Part shown: one piece after another, positions 1-7,738 of the stretch
Numbering within the stretch: the first letter of the stretch is position 1
How the letters are laid out: each line of letters begins with the position of its first letter
Source of the DNA: Candidatus Babelota bacterium
Lineage (GTDB): Bacteria > Babelota > Babeliae > Babelales > GCA-2401785
Direction of reading: 5' to 3'
Length of the DNA stretch: 33,190 nt
Assembly (NCBI GenBank): GCA_042576345.1
Contig: JBHPCE010000003.1
Coordinates: forward strand, 1 to 33,190
Notes under the pieces: model-generated
The model's input: only the letters and a program-made list of their open reading frames with translations
What the model was told of the DNA's origin: nothing
The model's database searches: none
Translations under genes and position numbers: made by a program

Positions 1-2
1 TC

Positions 3-1298
3 TCGCTGAAGCCTGGTGATAGAAACTGGGATGCGGGTTTCTCTGACAAAGCCCCACACATACCTCTCGCAGTTAGAGTATCCGAAGGCCCAAATCAACC
101 ATCCTATCTCGTCGACCTCTCCACCGGACAAATTTATTACCAACAATTTCAAAAAAACTGGCCACCGCTTACAAACGCAACACTCGGTAACCAACAACTC
201 AAAAACATGCTGAAAAAACTCAACTCACAAATTGCCAGGCAGAGGCAAGGTGACATGGCACAACAAGTCGCCTCAAACGTGATTATTGCCTTCTCAAATG
301 CTCAGATAAACGCCTTCAAGCCAAAAACAAAAACAAAAGATCTGAAAGCTGGCCAAACAACAATCAAATCAATAGTACAAACCGACCATTTTGTCGTCAA
401 AACACAATCTAAAACATACAGTCTGAATTTCACAAATAATAAAATTTATGAATATGGAAATAACGTGTGGCATGAAAAACAGATACGGCTCCACCCCAAC
501 TTCACAGCCGCAGTACAAGCAAAATTTGCATATTTTAACCCCCAAGAAAAGAAACCAGGAGAAAAGAATGAAGAAAAGAAACCTGCAACAGGGCAAACTG
601 GAACTGAAGGAAAAGGACCCATAGCGCCCGCCAGACAAGTTGTAGGTACAACTTTGATTCAACATGGAACAATTCAAAATACAAAAATTGAATACGAGCT
701 CAGACAAGGCTCGATAGTCGGAGCATTCCAAGACAATCAAGGAAATGGAAATTTCCAATCTGGGTATGCCATTGTAAACGCCTCAAATACTGCAATAAAC
801 GTCGGATCAGGAATGATAGGCGTCACGGCAGCCATAAGAGATACCTTTGGTCAGCCTTTTATTAATACATGTCATAACTTACCCCCAAAAAAGAATACTG
901 AATCTTACGGAACTCAAACCGGCAGACTTTTTGATGGAGAATCACTTACAACAAATCTTAGAGGCCTTAATATTCCCACAGTAAACAATAACAATTTTTA
1001 TGTGATTCATTCTACAGCTTCAGGCGGCAAAATCAAAGAAGCCTACCAAAGCGCAATGAAAGAAGTTGAACAACACAAGATTACTCACGTTGCATTTCCT
1101 GCACTCGGAGCAGGAGTGTATGCAAGTGGCCCACAATCTTTCAATATCGGAACTGTAACCGTGGCCAATTATATTCAAAAAAATCATTTAAACCCGCCAA
1201 ACCTCCAAAGAGTAATTTTTGTCGGATTAGACTCTACAGCGATTGACAAATGGAAAAAGGCTTTGCAAACGGCCAATATTTATAAGCCAGCTAAATAA
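3..1298 (+). CDS. 5'-truncated large modular protein with a C-terminal macro (ADP-ribose binding/hydrolase) domain
   Basis: Frame 3 is open from the window edge (SLKPGDRNW...NQQLKN) into ORF 207..1298, so ATG 207 is probably internal. The C-terminal ~200 aa carry macro motifs YELRQGSI, AIVNASN, GSGMIGVTAAI, VIHST and VAFPALGAGVY (canonical forms AIVNAAN, GGGVxxAI, VIHAVGP, IAFPAISTGIYG). Confidence 0.8.
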   Translation, partial: SLKPGDRNWDAGFSDKAPHIPLAVRVSEGPNQPSYLVDLSTGQIYYQQFQKNWPPLTNATLGNQQLKNMLKKLNSQIARQRQGDMAQQVASNVIIAFSNAQINAFKPKTKTKDLKAGQTTIKSIVQTDHFVVKTQSKTYSLNFTNNKIYEYGNNVWHEKQIRLHPNFTAAVQAKFAYFNPQEKKPGEKNEEKKPATGQTGTEGKGPIAPARQVVGTTLIQHGTIQNTKIEYELRQGSIVGAFQDNQGNGNFQSGYAIVNASNTAINVGSGMIGVTAAIRDTFGQPFINTCHNLPPKKNTESYGTQTGRLFDGESLTTNLRGLNIPTVNNNNFYVIHSTASGGKIKEAYQSAMKEVEQHKITHVAFPALGAGVYASGPQSFNIGTVTVANYIQKNHLNPPNLQRVIFVGLDSTAIDKWKKALQTANIYKPAK

Positions 1299-1316
1299 AA
1301 GAAATGAGGAGATTTT

Positions 1317-2324
1317 ATGAAAAACAGTAACAAAACTTTAAAAATCTTGGCACTCTTTTTGTCTTTACACATTTTCACTTTTGCAATGGAGGAGGAAACG
1401 CAAACACCTCACGATGCACAAATAAAGACCATCACCCTAAAAGAGCTCGCTAAAATGGAACATCTTACCAGGCAAGGCAAGCTTCCACTAACTGTGTGTA
1501 AAGTAGAAACAGACTTTACAGGACTTCATGAGCAATTCAGAAAACTTCAAGAAAAAACACTTTTTGAAGAAGAAGAAGAAGAAGAAGAAGAAGACGACGA
1601 CGACGACAAAGAATTTAAAAATCTTGAAGCACGTTTCAAAGCTCTTCAACAAAAAAGCCCAAGGAAAAGAGAAGAAGAAGAAGACGACGACGACAACGAC
1701 GACAAAACGTGTTTTGGAATCAACAGCCTTCTTGTCCGCGTCAAAGACAACACCGTTGAACATTACAAACAAAGAATCTTTCAACCAGACTGGAGGTGGC
1801 ACACTTTAAACGCAGAGCATGGAAAACAAATCTTGATGCGCGTTATGGCAGAAATGTCAACTGAATGGGCAAAAAAGCAGATAAATAAGCATGCCCAAGA
1901 AAACAAAAATAAAAATATAGTGGAAAAATGGAAAAGGAATTTTTACAACAGCGGCAACACAGGAGAAGCAGAAACAGCATTTCACCTCACTCAAGCTGGC
2001 AGACACAAAATTATGTATGTTGCCCTTTAAAACCTTTTTTTAAAAATCACACCAACGCAAGTTTCAAGATTTCATAAAATAGCCGACAATTCGTTCTTTT
2101 CCGCACTTTCACCAGCAGAAGTTGTTGTGACCTTGCACAGGCTGCTTTTACATGTGGATGGCGCACAGCAACCTGAACGATTGAAAAGTCTATTGAGCAC
2201 AATGATGGGACTTCCAGAAGCCACAGAAATTGTAGAAAAGATGCTCGAGGAGAAAAAAGAAGAAGAATTTATGGATGTTGAAGAGGCTGAAAAAATCGTA
2301 CAAGGATTGTTGCAAGAAAAATAA
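1317..2324 (+). pseudogene. Secreted protein sharing an ~160-aa domain with the N-terminus of the giant ORF; interrupted by an in-frame TAA at 2028-2030
   Basis: GAGGAG RBS and signal-peptide-like N-terminus (MKNSNKTLKILALFLSLHIFTFA). ORFs 1317..2030 and 2127..2324 are in the same frame. Homology to the giant ORF continues across the stop: YVAL*NLFLKITPTQVSRFHKI vs YIALQNLFLEMTLRQVSRFQKI. Confidence 0.8.
1566..1607 (+). repeat. (GAA)9(GAC)5 trinucleotide tract encoding E9D5; a shorter copy lies at ~1671-1703
   Basis: Read directly from the sequence. Confidence 0.95.
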
Positions 2325-2355
2325 CAGGAAGATTGATTTTATGGGCTCACCATAA

Positions 2356-2391
2356 ATTTTACCGGCATTTTATCGGCATTTTATCGGCATT
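2356..2391. repeat. 11-bp direct repeat ATTTTAYCGGC x3, a candidate operator upstream of the wHTH gene
   Basis: attttaccggc-attttatcggc-attttatcggc-att in the 2325-2468 intergenic region, with ~one helical turn periodicity. The repeat is seen directly; the operator role is inference. Confidence 0.75.
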
Positions 2392-2468
2392 CAAGCTTAA
2401 CTTTTTCACATTTTATGGGCATAATGAGCTATCAAAATCGATGTTAAATTATTTTGAAATTCAAGCAC

Positions 2469-2792
2469 ATGAAAGAAAATTTTAAACCGATTTATGAACC
2501 AAATCAAAAAATAGCAGATTACCTCATACCCATTGAGGCGGCAAAAGAAAAATCAAAACTTATGCGAAAGCTGGACCCTAGACAACGAAAGGCTCTTGAA
2601 CTATTTATGGAGTTCGAACTTGTCACCAGCAAGCAAATTGGCGAATTGTTTGGATTCAAGCCTCGCACAAGCTCAGCATTATGCAAAAAATGGGTTGAAG
2701 CTGGATTTCTTAAGGTTGCGGACAAAAGTTTTAAAACCAGAAAATACTCCCTTGCAGACAAATTCGAAGTTCTTGTGGATACAAACCCTTGA
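2469..2792 (+). CDS. Small winged-HTH protein, probably an internally deleted Fic-family gene
   Basis: LDPRQRKALELF...VTSKQIGELFGFKPRTSSALCKKWVEAGFL...TRKYSL is a wHTH. The N-terminus FKPIYEPNQKIADYLIPIEAAKEK resembles, from memory, the start of Fic-wHTH proteins. No HPFxDGNGR motif is present. ATG 2469 is preferred over TTG 2454. Confidence 0.6.
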   Translation: MKENFKPIYEPNQKIADYLIPIEAAKEKSKLMRKLDPRQRKALELFMEFELVTSKQIGELFGFKPRTSSALCKKWVEAGFLKVADKSFKTRKYSLADKFEVLVDTNP

Positions 2793-2870
2793 GCAAAGTC
2801 ACATAAGCTGAATAAGCTTTCTGAGCAACACTTAAAGCAATGTACGTACAAAAGTTTTTGGGAGGGCTTA

Positions 2871-4337
2871 GTGAAAAATCTAAGAAATAAACACCTTGCA
2901 GTGACATCTCTGCTTTCTTCTGCCCTCCTTTTTTTATCGCCATCACTGCTCTCTTACACCCATTCGAACAAAACATTCATAATGTTGCGTCCACCTGGCC
3001 GTGAGATTCCCACAGAAAAAGTCACGTGGTATCACTCGCAGCGCAACGCCGATAACCTCAAAAATTGTTCAAAGGGCGGAGCTTTGCAAATCACCGCTTT
3101 TTACAAGAGGTCTCATGACGCCGACGACATGGGAAAATATTTTGCCATACGCGAGAAAAATACATTTAGCTACGGCGTTGGAAGCAATTTCCCATACCTT
3201 GCAACGGAAGATTTGATACACGACAACCAAGAATCGCGAGGAAATCTCACAGGCGAGCTGACAATGAAACCAACGCGAAGCATAGAAGGCCTACGGATCT
3301 CGTATTACAAAACGCTCAAGGACGGTTACTTTACCAAAGGCAATGTTCCAATTTTACGCGTCAGGCACCATCTTCACGAAAAAACAGCCAGTGAGACAAA
3401 AGTTGGAACGGCAGGACTTTTGGATCTTCTTTCTGGATCTTACTCCCACGCACTTTCTCTTGCTGACGGCGACGCACAAAGCGCCCTTGAGTACAGCAAA
3501 ATTGATGGCGAGCAAAAAGGTGATTTTGGCTTGGGCGACGTCGACCTTACGCTGGGTCGCCGACTTTTGGATGAAGAACTTTTCGACTGCTCCGTTTATG
3601 CCAGGCTCACACTTCCGACAAGCAACGAGCCAACGGGTAAATTTTTATTCGAGCCAATTCGAGGAAACGGAAAACACTGGGAACTGGGCGTTGGGCTAGA
3701 CGCCTCGTTTGACCTGTGGTCCGATGAACAGTCTCACATTGAGTTGCTTTTCAACGTTGATGTTGCATACACCTTTGCGGCAAACGAAAAACGCACATTT
3801 AACTCAAACGTGGACATCAAAGTTGTACCACCCTGGTCTCGGTACATGCTCATCGGTGAAAACGGAAAACAGGGCCTGCAGCCCTTGGCAAATATTTCTA
3901 CAATTTCAGCAAAAGTCTCACCCGGCTTTCAGAGCGAAGCAATTTTGACCGTCGGTTACCGCACAGAACACATTGCCATAGACGTTGGCTACGACATGTA
4001 CGCCAGAGAAAGCGAAACCATATCCATAAAGGATTGGACAGAAGATCGCTATGCATTCACTCATGCAACGGCATATTCCACACAGGACAACTTTTTGGAT
4101 GTCGACACGCATTATCTTTCTGGAATCGACAAAAGTACAATCGACAAGGCTGAACTGGACACAGCAGGAGCTTCCACACCAGCCAGTCTGACCCACGGCA
4201 TTTTTGCAGGTATTGGCTATCTTGCAGAAGACCGTGGACCGTTCATGGGCGGCATTGGAGCTTCTTATGAATGGGCACGAGAAAATTCGGCCGTTACATC
4301 TTTTTCTATTTGGGCCAAAGTCGGCGTAACTTTTTGA
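2871..4337 (+). CDS. Secreted protein, probable outer-membrane beta-barrel
   Basis: GGAGG RBS before the GTG, a signal peptide, many amphipathic beta-strands (GLGDVDLTLG, WELGVGLDASFDLW, IDVGYDMY, GIGASYEW) and a terminal beta-signal-like SIWAKVGVTF. Confidence 0.6.
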   Translation: MKNLRNKHLAVTSLLSSALLFLSPSLLSYTHSNKTFIMLRPPGREIPTEKVTWYHSQRNADNLKNCSKGGALQITAFYKRSHDADDMGKYFAIREKNTFSYGVGSNFPYLATEDLIHDNQESRGNLTGELTMKPTRSIEGLRISYYKTLKDGYFTKGNVPILRVRHHLHEKTASETKVGTAGLLDLLSGSYSHALSLADGDAQSALEYSKIDGEQKGDFGLGDVDLTLGRRLLDEELFDCSVYARLTLPTSNEPTGKFLFEPIRGNGKHWELGVGLDASFDLWSDEQSHIELLFNVDVAYTFAANEKRTFNSNVDIKVVPPWSRYMLIGENGKQGLQPLANISTISAKVSPGFQSEAILTVGYRTEHIAIDVGYDMYARESETISIKDWTEDRYAFTHATAYSTQDNFLDVDTHYLSGIDKSTIDKAELDTAGASTPASLTHGIFAGIGYLAEDRGPFMGGIGASYEWARENSAVTSFSIWAKVGVTF

Positions 4338-4355
4338 GATTTATAGAACACAACA

Positions 4356-5594
4356 TTAAGAAAACGCTTGTTTCAATGTTCTACGTATGTCGCGATTAAA
4401 TATTGCGCTAAACTTTTCCATAAAGCCGTTTGAGTCTGCGTATTGCTCACCGCCATCGAAAGCAGCAACCATTGAAACAAAAAACATTATAGAAAGCGGA
4501 AGGGCGAGGAAACCCATGAGCTTTATCTTTTCACGCTTGCGTTTTTTTGATAATTCTTCTTTAGACAAGCCTCTTAACTCTTTTCTCGCCTTGGCTCTTC
4601 CATTTTTTGTCATACTTTTAAAATTATAGATCAAATATCCCAAAATAGAACCAAGTCCGGCACAACAGATCCACGCAGCTGGAGACTGCATGAAATTCCA
4701 AAAATCTTTGGACTTCAAAACCTCACCTCGTTTAACAGGTTTTACGACATTTGAAGCATATGGTTCTTCTATTTTAACGGCCTTGGGAACCTCTGTATCA
4801 CTTCCACAAAATTCCCACACAGTCTTCTCTTGATCAAAAATATATTTTCTACCTTGAAATTCAAACGTCAAATTATTGTCAGCCTTAACCCAACCGAGAT
4901 CAATCAAATCTTCAGATGTAGCCTCCCTTGAACCACCATCAACAGTAAATGCAGCTCCTTTTTCAAAACGTTCAATCACCTCCTTTCCATTGAGCTTTTT
5001 TTCAATTTCTCCCCCAAAATACCCCCACAAATCACCCTCTGGGTCTTTGTAGTAGCGAGCTCCAATTCTTTCATCACTAATAAACCAAGAAACACCGCTA
5101 GCGATCTCTTGTTTTGATGATGAGGGACTTCTTCGTCTTTTGCACAACAAAGATAACCTCTTTCTGGCTCTCGCATCTCTAATAACGGCATGCATTATCT
5201 CACTATCATGCCCTGAAATAACCTCGCCAACTGCTCTGTCACCAAACTCTGAATCGCAACATTTACGCCATTTCCCGTCTGAACACCAGACAACCTTATC
5301 GTTGTTAAAATATCCCTGTAGAGTTCCGAGAAACGATGCCAAAATCGAATCCACAAGAACATCCGGGACCCTCGTCCGACTCGACTTAACAGATTCTAGG
5401 ATATCTGCGATTTTTAAAACAGCATCCCTTGCTCTATTTTCCTCCAGAATACGTTGATCTCTTCGAGATCCAAGTGGTTTACCCATATCATCAACCAAAA
5501 CAAATTCATCTCCAGGATTATACATAGCCAGCAAAGAATTGCTCAGGCTGCACAATGTCAAAAATATTGATGTATACAAAAAAAACGCTTTCAT
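4356..5594 (-). CDS. Hypothetical secreted protein with two C-terminal TM segments; related to the adjacent 682-aa protein
   Basis: Likely start ATG 5594 (MKAFFLYTSIFLTLCSLSNSLLA, signal peptide), 4 nt after the upstream stop. Contains YYKDPEGDLW and KYIFDQEKTVW motifs. Two hydrophobic segments are separated by a basic linker. Confidence 0.7.
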   Translation of the reverse strand: MKAFFLYTSIFLTLCSLSNSLLAMYNPGDEFVLVDDMGKPLGSRRDQRILEENRARDAVLKIADILESVKSSRTRVPDVLVDSILASFLGTLQGYFNNDKVVWCSDGKWRKCCDSEFGDRAVGEVISGHDSEIMHAVIRDARARKRLSLLCKRRRSPSSSKQEIASGVSWFISDERIGARYYKDPEGDLWGYFGGEIEKKLNGKEVIERFEKGAAFTVDGGSREATSEDLIDLGWVKADNNLTFEFQGRKYIFDQEKTVWEFCGSDTEVPKAVKIEEPYASNVVKPVKRGEVLKSKDFWNFMQSPAAWICCAGLGSILGYLIYNFKSMTKNGRAKARKELRGLSKEELSKKRKREKIKLMGFLALPLSIMFFVSMVAAFDGGEQYADSNGFMEKFSAIFNRDIRRTLKQAFS

Positions 5595-5598
5595 TGAC

Positions 5599-7647
5599 CT
5601 ATCCACGCCATGGCTCCCCGAAATCCCACTTTTGGTCAAAAGGAATTTTCCTCAAAACTCCCACAAGAGCTACCATTCCGGACAATGTTATAGAAACTCT
5701 CTTTGCAAAACTCATATTTAAGTACATCTCACGCTTAACACCTTCAAATGACGGATTTCGAAAACCTTTTTTTATTAACCGTTTTTTTGCGTTGTAGTAT
5801 TCATTAAGTAGAAGAAAAGACGCAACAGTGGCACCTCCACATAAAGCTAGCGTAGATCTATTATTGAAAAACAACCAGAACAGCTTTTTAGGTAGCTTTT
5901 TCATTTCGAAATAATCTTCAGATTCCTTCTCATGATCAACAGCACTGTCGTCATCTACTCCTACCTCGTCTTCAACTCCTATCTCAGAATCATCCTCAGA
6001 GCTACTATCAACTTCTTCATCATGGCCGAAATGAAACCGGCTATCTACATGATCGTCGGGAAAAGCTCCCTCCCTTGCCCGATCAAAATCCACACTAGAA
6101 TCACTCTCACTCACATGTTCCGGCGGCGTTACATGTGAAGTAGGCTCCATATGAGGTATACCCTCCTCTTCATTGTAAAGATCCGGGGACCGTCTAGGGG
6201 AAACCAAATGCGTTAGATGTGAAAACGGTTTTATAGGGAGAATAGATAATCTACGAACATCTTGTGCGATTAACGCTCTCTTAACCCACTCATCGGTATT
6301 GTTATCCTCATCTCTCCATTTCAAATCATCAGCCTCAGGCAATCTAAACTCTTTCGGAATCCATCGACGGATTTCTGAATACCTCGAACTAGGTTTTCCT
6401 GAGCTCGATTTATCTTCTCTTTTTTCAGATCTTTCTCTTGATAAAATAAGCCTCTGAAATTCGTCCATCAAACTACCAGCCTCATGGTCAGAAAGTTTCT
6501 CAAACGAGCTTGATTCACCATAGTAAGGCAGGTGACTAAAATCCTCCTTCTTCCACAACACATCATCTGGATCACGATAATATTTATTCCCGTTATGCGT
6601 AAAAAAAAGAAAGTCGGAATCTTCCCTTCCCAAAATTTGATCGTCCGTCGAAGACTTCAAATCGCTTTCACAAAAAGCAACTCTTGCTCGTTCCTTCCGT
6701 AAAATATCAACACCACTCCCGTACAAACTACACGAATCTGAAGAAAAATTTTTTCCAAAATGGTCTGTACACCACACATCTCCATCTTTGTCAAAAAAGT
6801 ATCTTCCAGCCCCCAGAAATAAAGAAAACCCTTTCGCCCTTGGGAACGAAAGCTCTGTGTCTGAAAATATTTGTTCAGATTTTAATAATTCGCTATGTAA
6901 CTCCATGTTACGACGCTCATCTTCAATAAACTCTTTAATATCTTTTGGGCTAGCAGGTTTAAAAGGACCTCCACGGGAAGATCGCTTCCACCATGTACCA
7001 TTTTTTGGATTCTCACTGTTCAAAAAAAGTTGAAAAACTTGTCCACCACCTCTTTCTTCAATCACCTTTGGTCCAACATATGGCATAATACACGAATCCA
7101 AAATCGCATCTGGAACCTTTTCCCAATTAGCAGAGATATCATCTCGAATATTTTCTAAGGTGAAAAACTCCTTGCGTGAAACACCAAATCTTGTAATTGA
7201 CTCGAAATACTCTTTTATTTTCTGTTGTTCCTTAGCGGTTTCCTGAATATTTTTGGCTTCTTCTTCCGAAACACTCTTCCATGCACTACGCATACCAGTT
7301 TGCTGAAAAAAATAAAACTCTCCATTCCATTTAATTAGTCTAGGTTTTTGGAGTCCTTTTTTCGGTTCCCACAACTCTGTCTCGACAATTCCTCCAACTT
7401 TCTTAGAAAAAACCAAATCTGAAAAAATCCCATGTGTGGCTACCTCTTCTGAATATGCATCTTCTCCTAAATCACCTGTGCTTCTAATAAACTCTTCATT
7501 ATCAAATCTCCAAGAAATACCCCCAAGATCCACAGTTTGGCCGGCCCTAAGATCTTTAATGTAGCTATCTACATGCTCAAAAAGTTGACCTTGCGACCAT
7601 AGCCCCGGCGCAAGAAGCGACAATAAAATAATAGCCTTAACATTCAC
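5599..7647 (-). CDS. Hypothetical secreted protein with repeated beta-hairpin motifs, an acidic linker and two C-terminal hydrophobic segments
   Basis: 682-aa ORF with signal peptide MNVKAIILLSLLAPGLWS, motifs RYFFDKDGDVW and KYYRDPDDVLW, and a D/E/S-rich tract before the hydrophobic C-terminus. Confidence 0.75.
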   Translation of the reverse strand: MNVKAIILLSLLAPGLWSQGQLFEHVDSYIKDLRAGQTVDLGGISWRFDNEEFIRSTGDLGEDAYSEEVATHGIFSDLVFSKKVGGIVETELWEPKKGLQKPRLIKWNGEFYFFQQTGMRSAWKSVSEEEAKNIQETAKEQQKIKEYFESITRFGVSRKEFFTLENIRDDISANWEKVPDAILDSCIMPYVGPKVIEERGGGQVFQLFLNSENPKNGTWWKRSSRGGPFKPASPKDIKEFIEDERRNMELHSELLKSEQIFSDTELSFPRAKGFSLFLGAGRYFFDKDGDVWCTDHFGKNFSSDSCSLYGSGVDILRKERARVAFCESDLKSSTDDQILGREDSDFLFFTHNGNKYYRDPDDVLWKKEDFSHLPYYGESSSFEKLSDHEAGSLMDEFQRLILSRERSEKREDKSSSGKPSSRYSEIRRWIPKEFRLPEADDLKWRDEDNNTDEWVKRALIAQDVRRLSILPIKPFSHLTHLVSPRRSPDLYNEEEGIPHMEPTSHVTPPEHVSESDSSVDFDRAREGAFPDDHVDSRFHFGHDEEVDSSSEDDSEIGVEDEVGVDDDSAVDHEKESEDYFEMKKLPKKLFWLFFNNRSTLALCGGATVASFLLLNEYYNAKKRLIKKGFRNPSFEGVKREMYLNMSFAKRVSITLSGMVALVGVLRKIPFDQKWDFGEPWRG

Positions 7648-7690
7648 CTAAAACCCCTTTCGCAAAATACATTATTAAAAGTATGGCGAG

Positions 7691-7718
7691 AGTTTAAAAA
7701 AATATATTTTTTTGTAAA
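7691..7718 (-). promoter_or_regulatory. Possible sigma70 promoter TTTACA-N16-TAAACT overlapping an 18-bp palindrome (A7-TATA-T7, 7696-7713)
   Basis: The minus strand reads tttaca-aaaaaatatatttttt-taaact, ~45 nt upstream of the 7647 start. The AT-rich context makes chance matches likely. Confidence 0.3.
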
Positions 7719-7738
7719 GAAGAAATTTTAGAAACCTG

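Noticed and set aside
16-213. 65-aa ORF in frame 1
   Set aside because: It overlaps the open frame-3 continuation of the macro-domain gene, which shows family motifs.
1488-1809. Poly-K/T and poly-F/V ORFs (1528..1809 +, 1488..1802 -)
   Set aside because: These are alternative-frame readings of the GAA/GAC tracts.
2356-2391. Possible CRISPR array or iteron set
   Set aside because: There are only three contiguous 11-bp units, with no spacers and no cas or rep gene.
5900-5935. FFAT-like ESEDYFEM after an acidic tract in the 682-aa protein
   Set aside because: It matches EFFDAxE poorly at the last positions (MKK), which is too weak to report.
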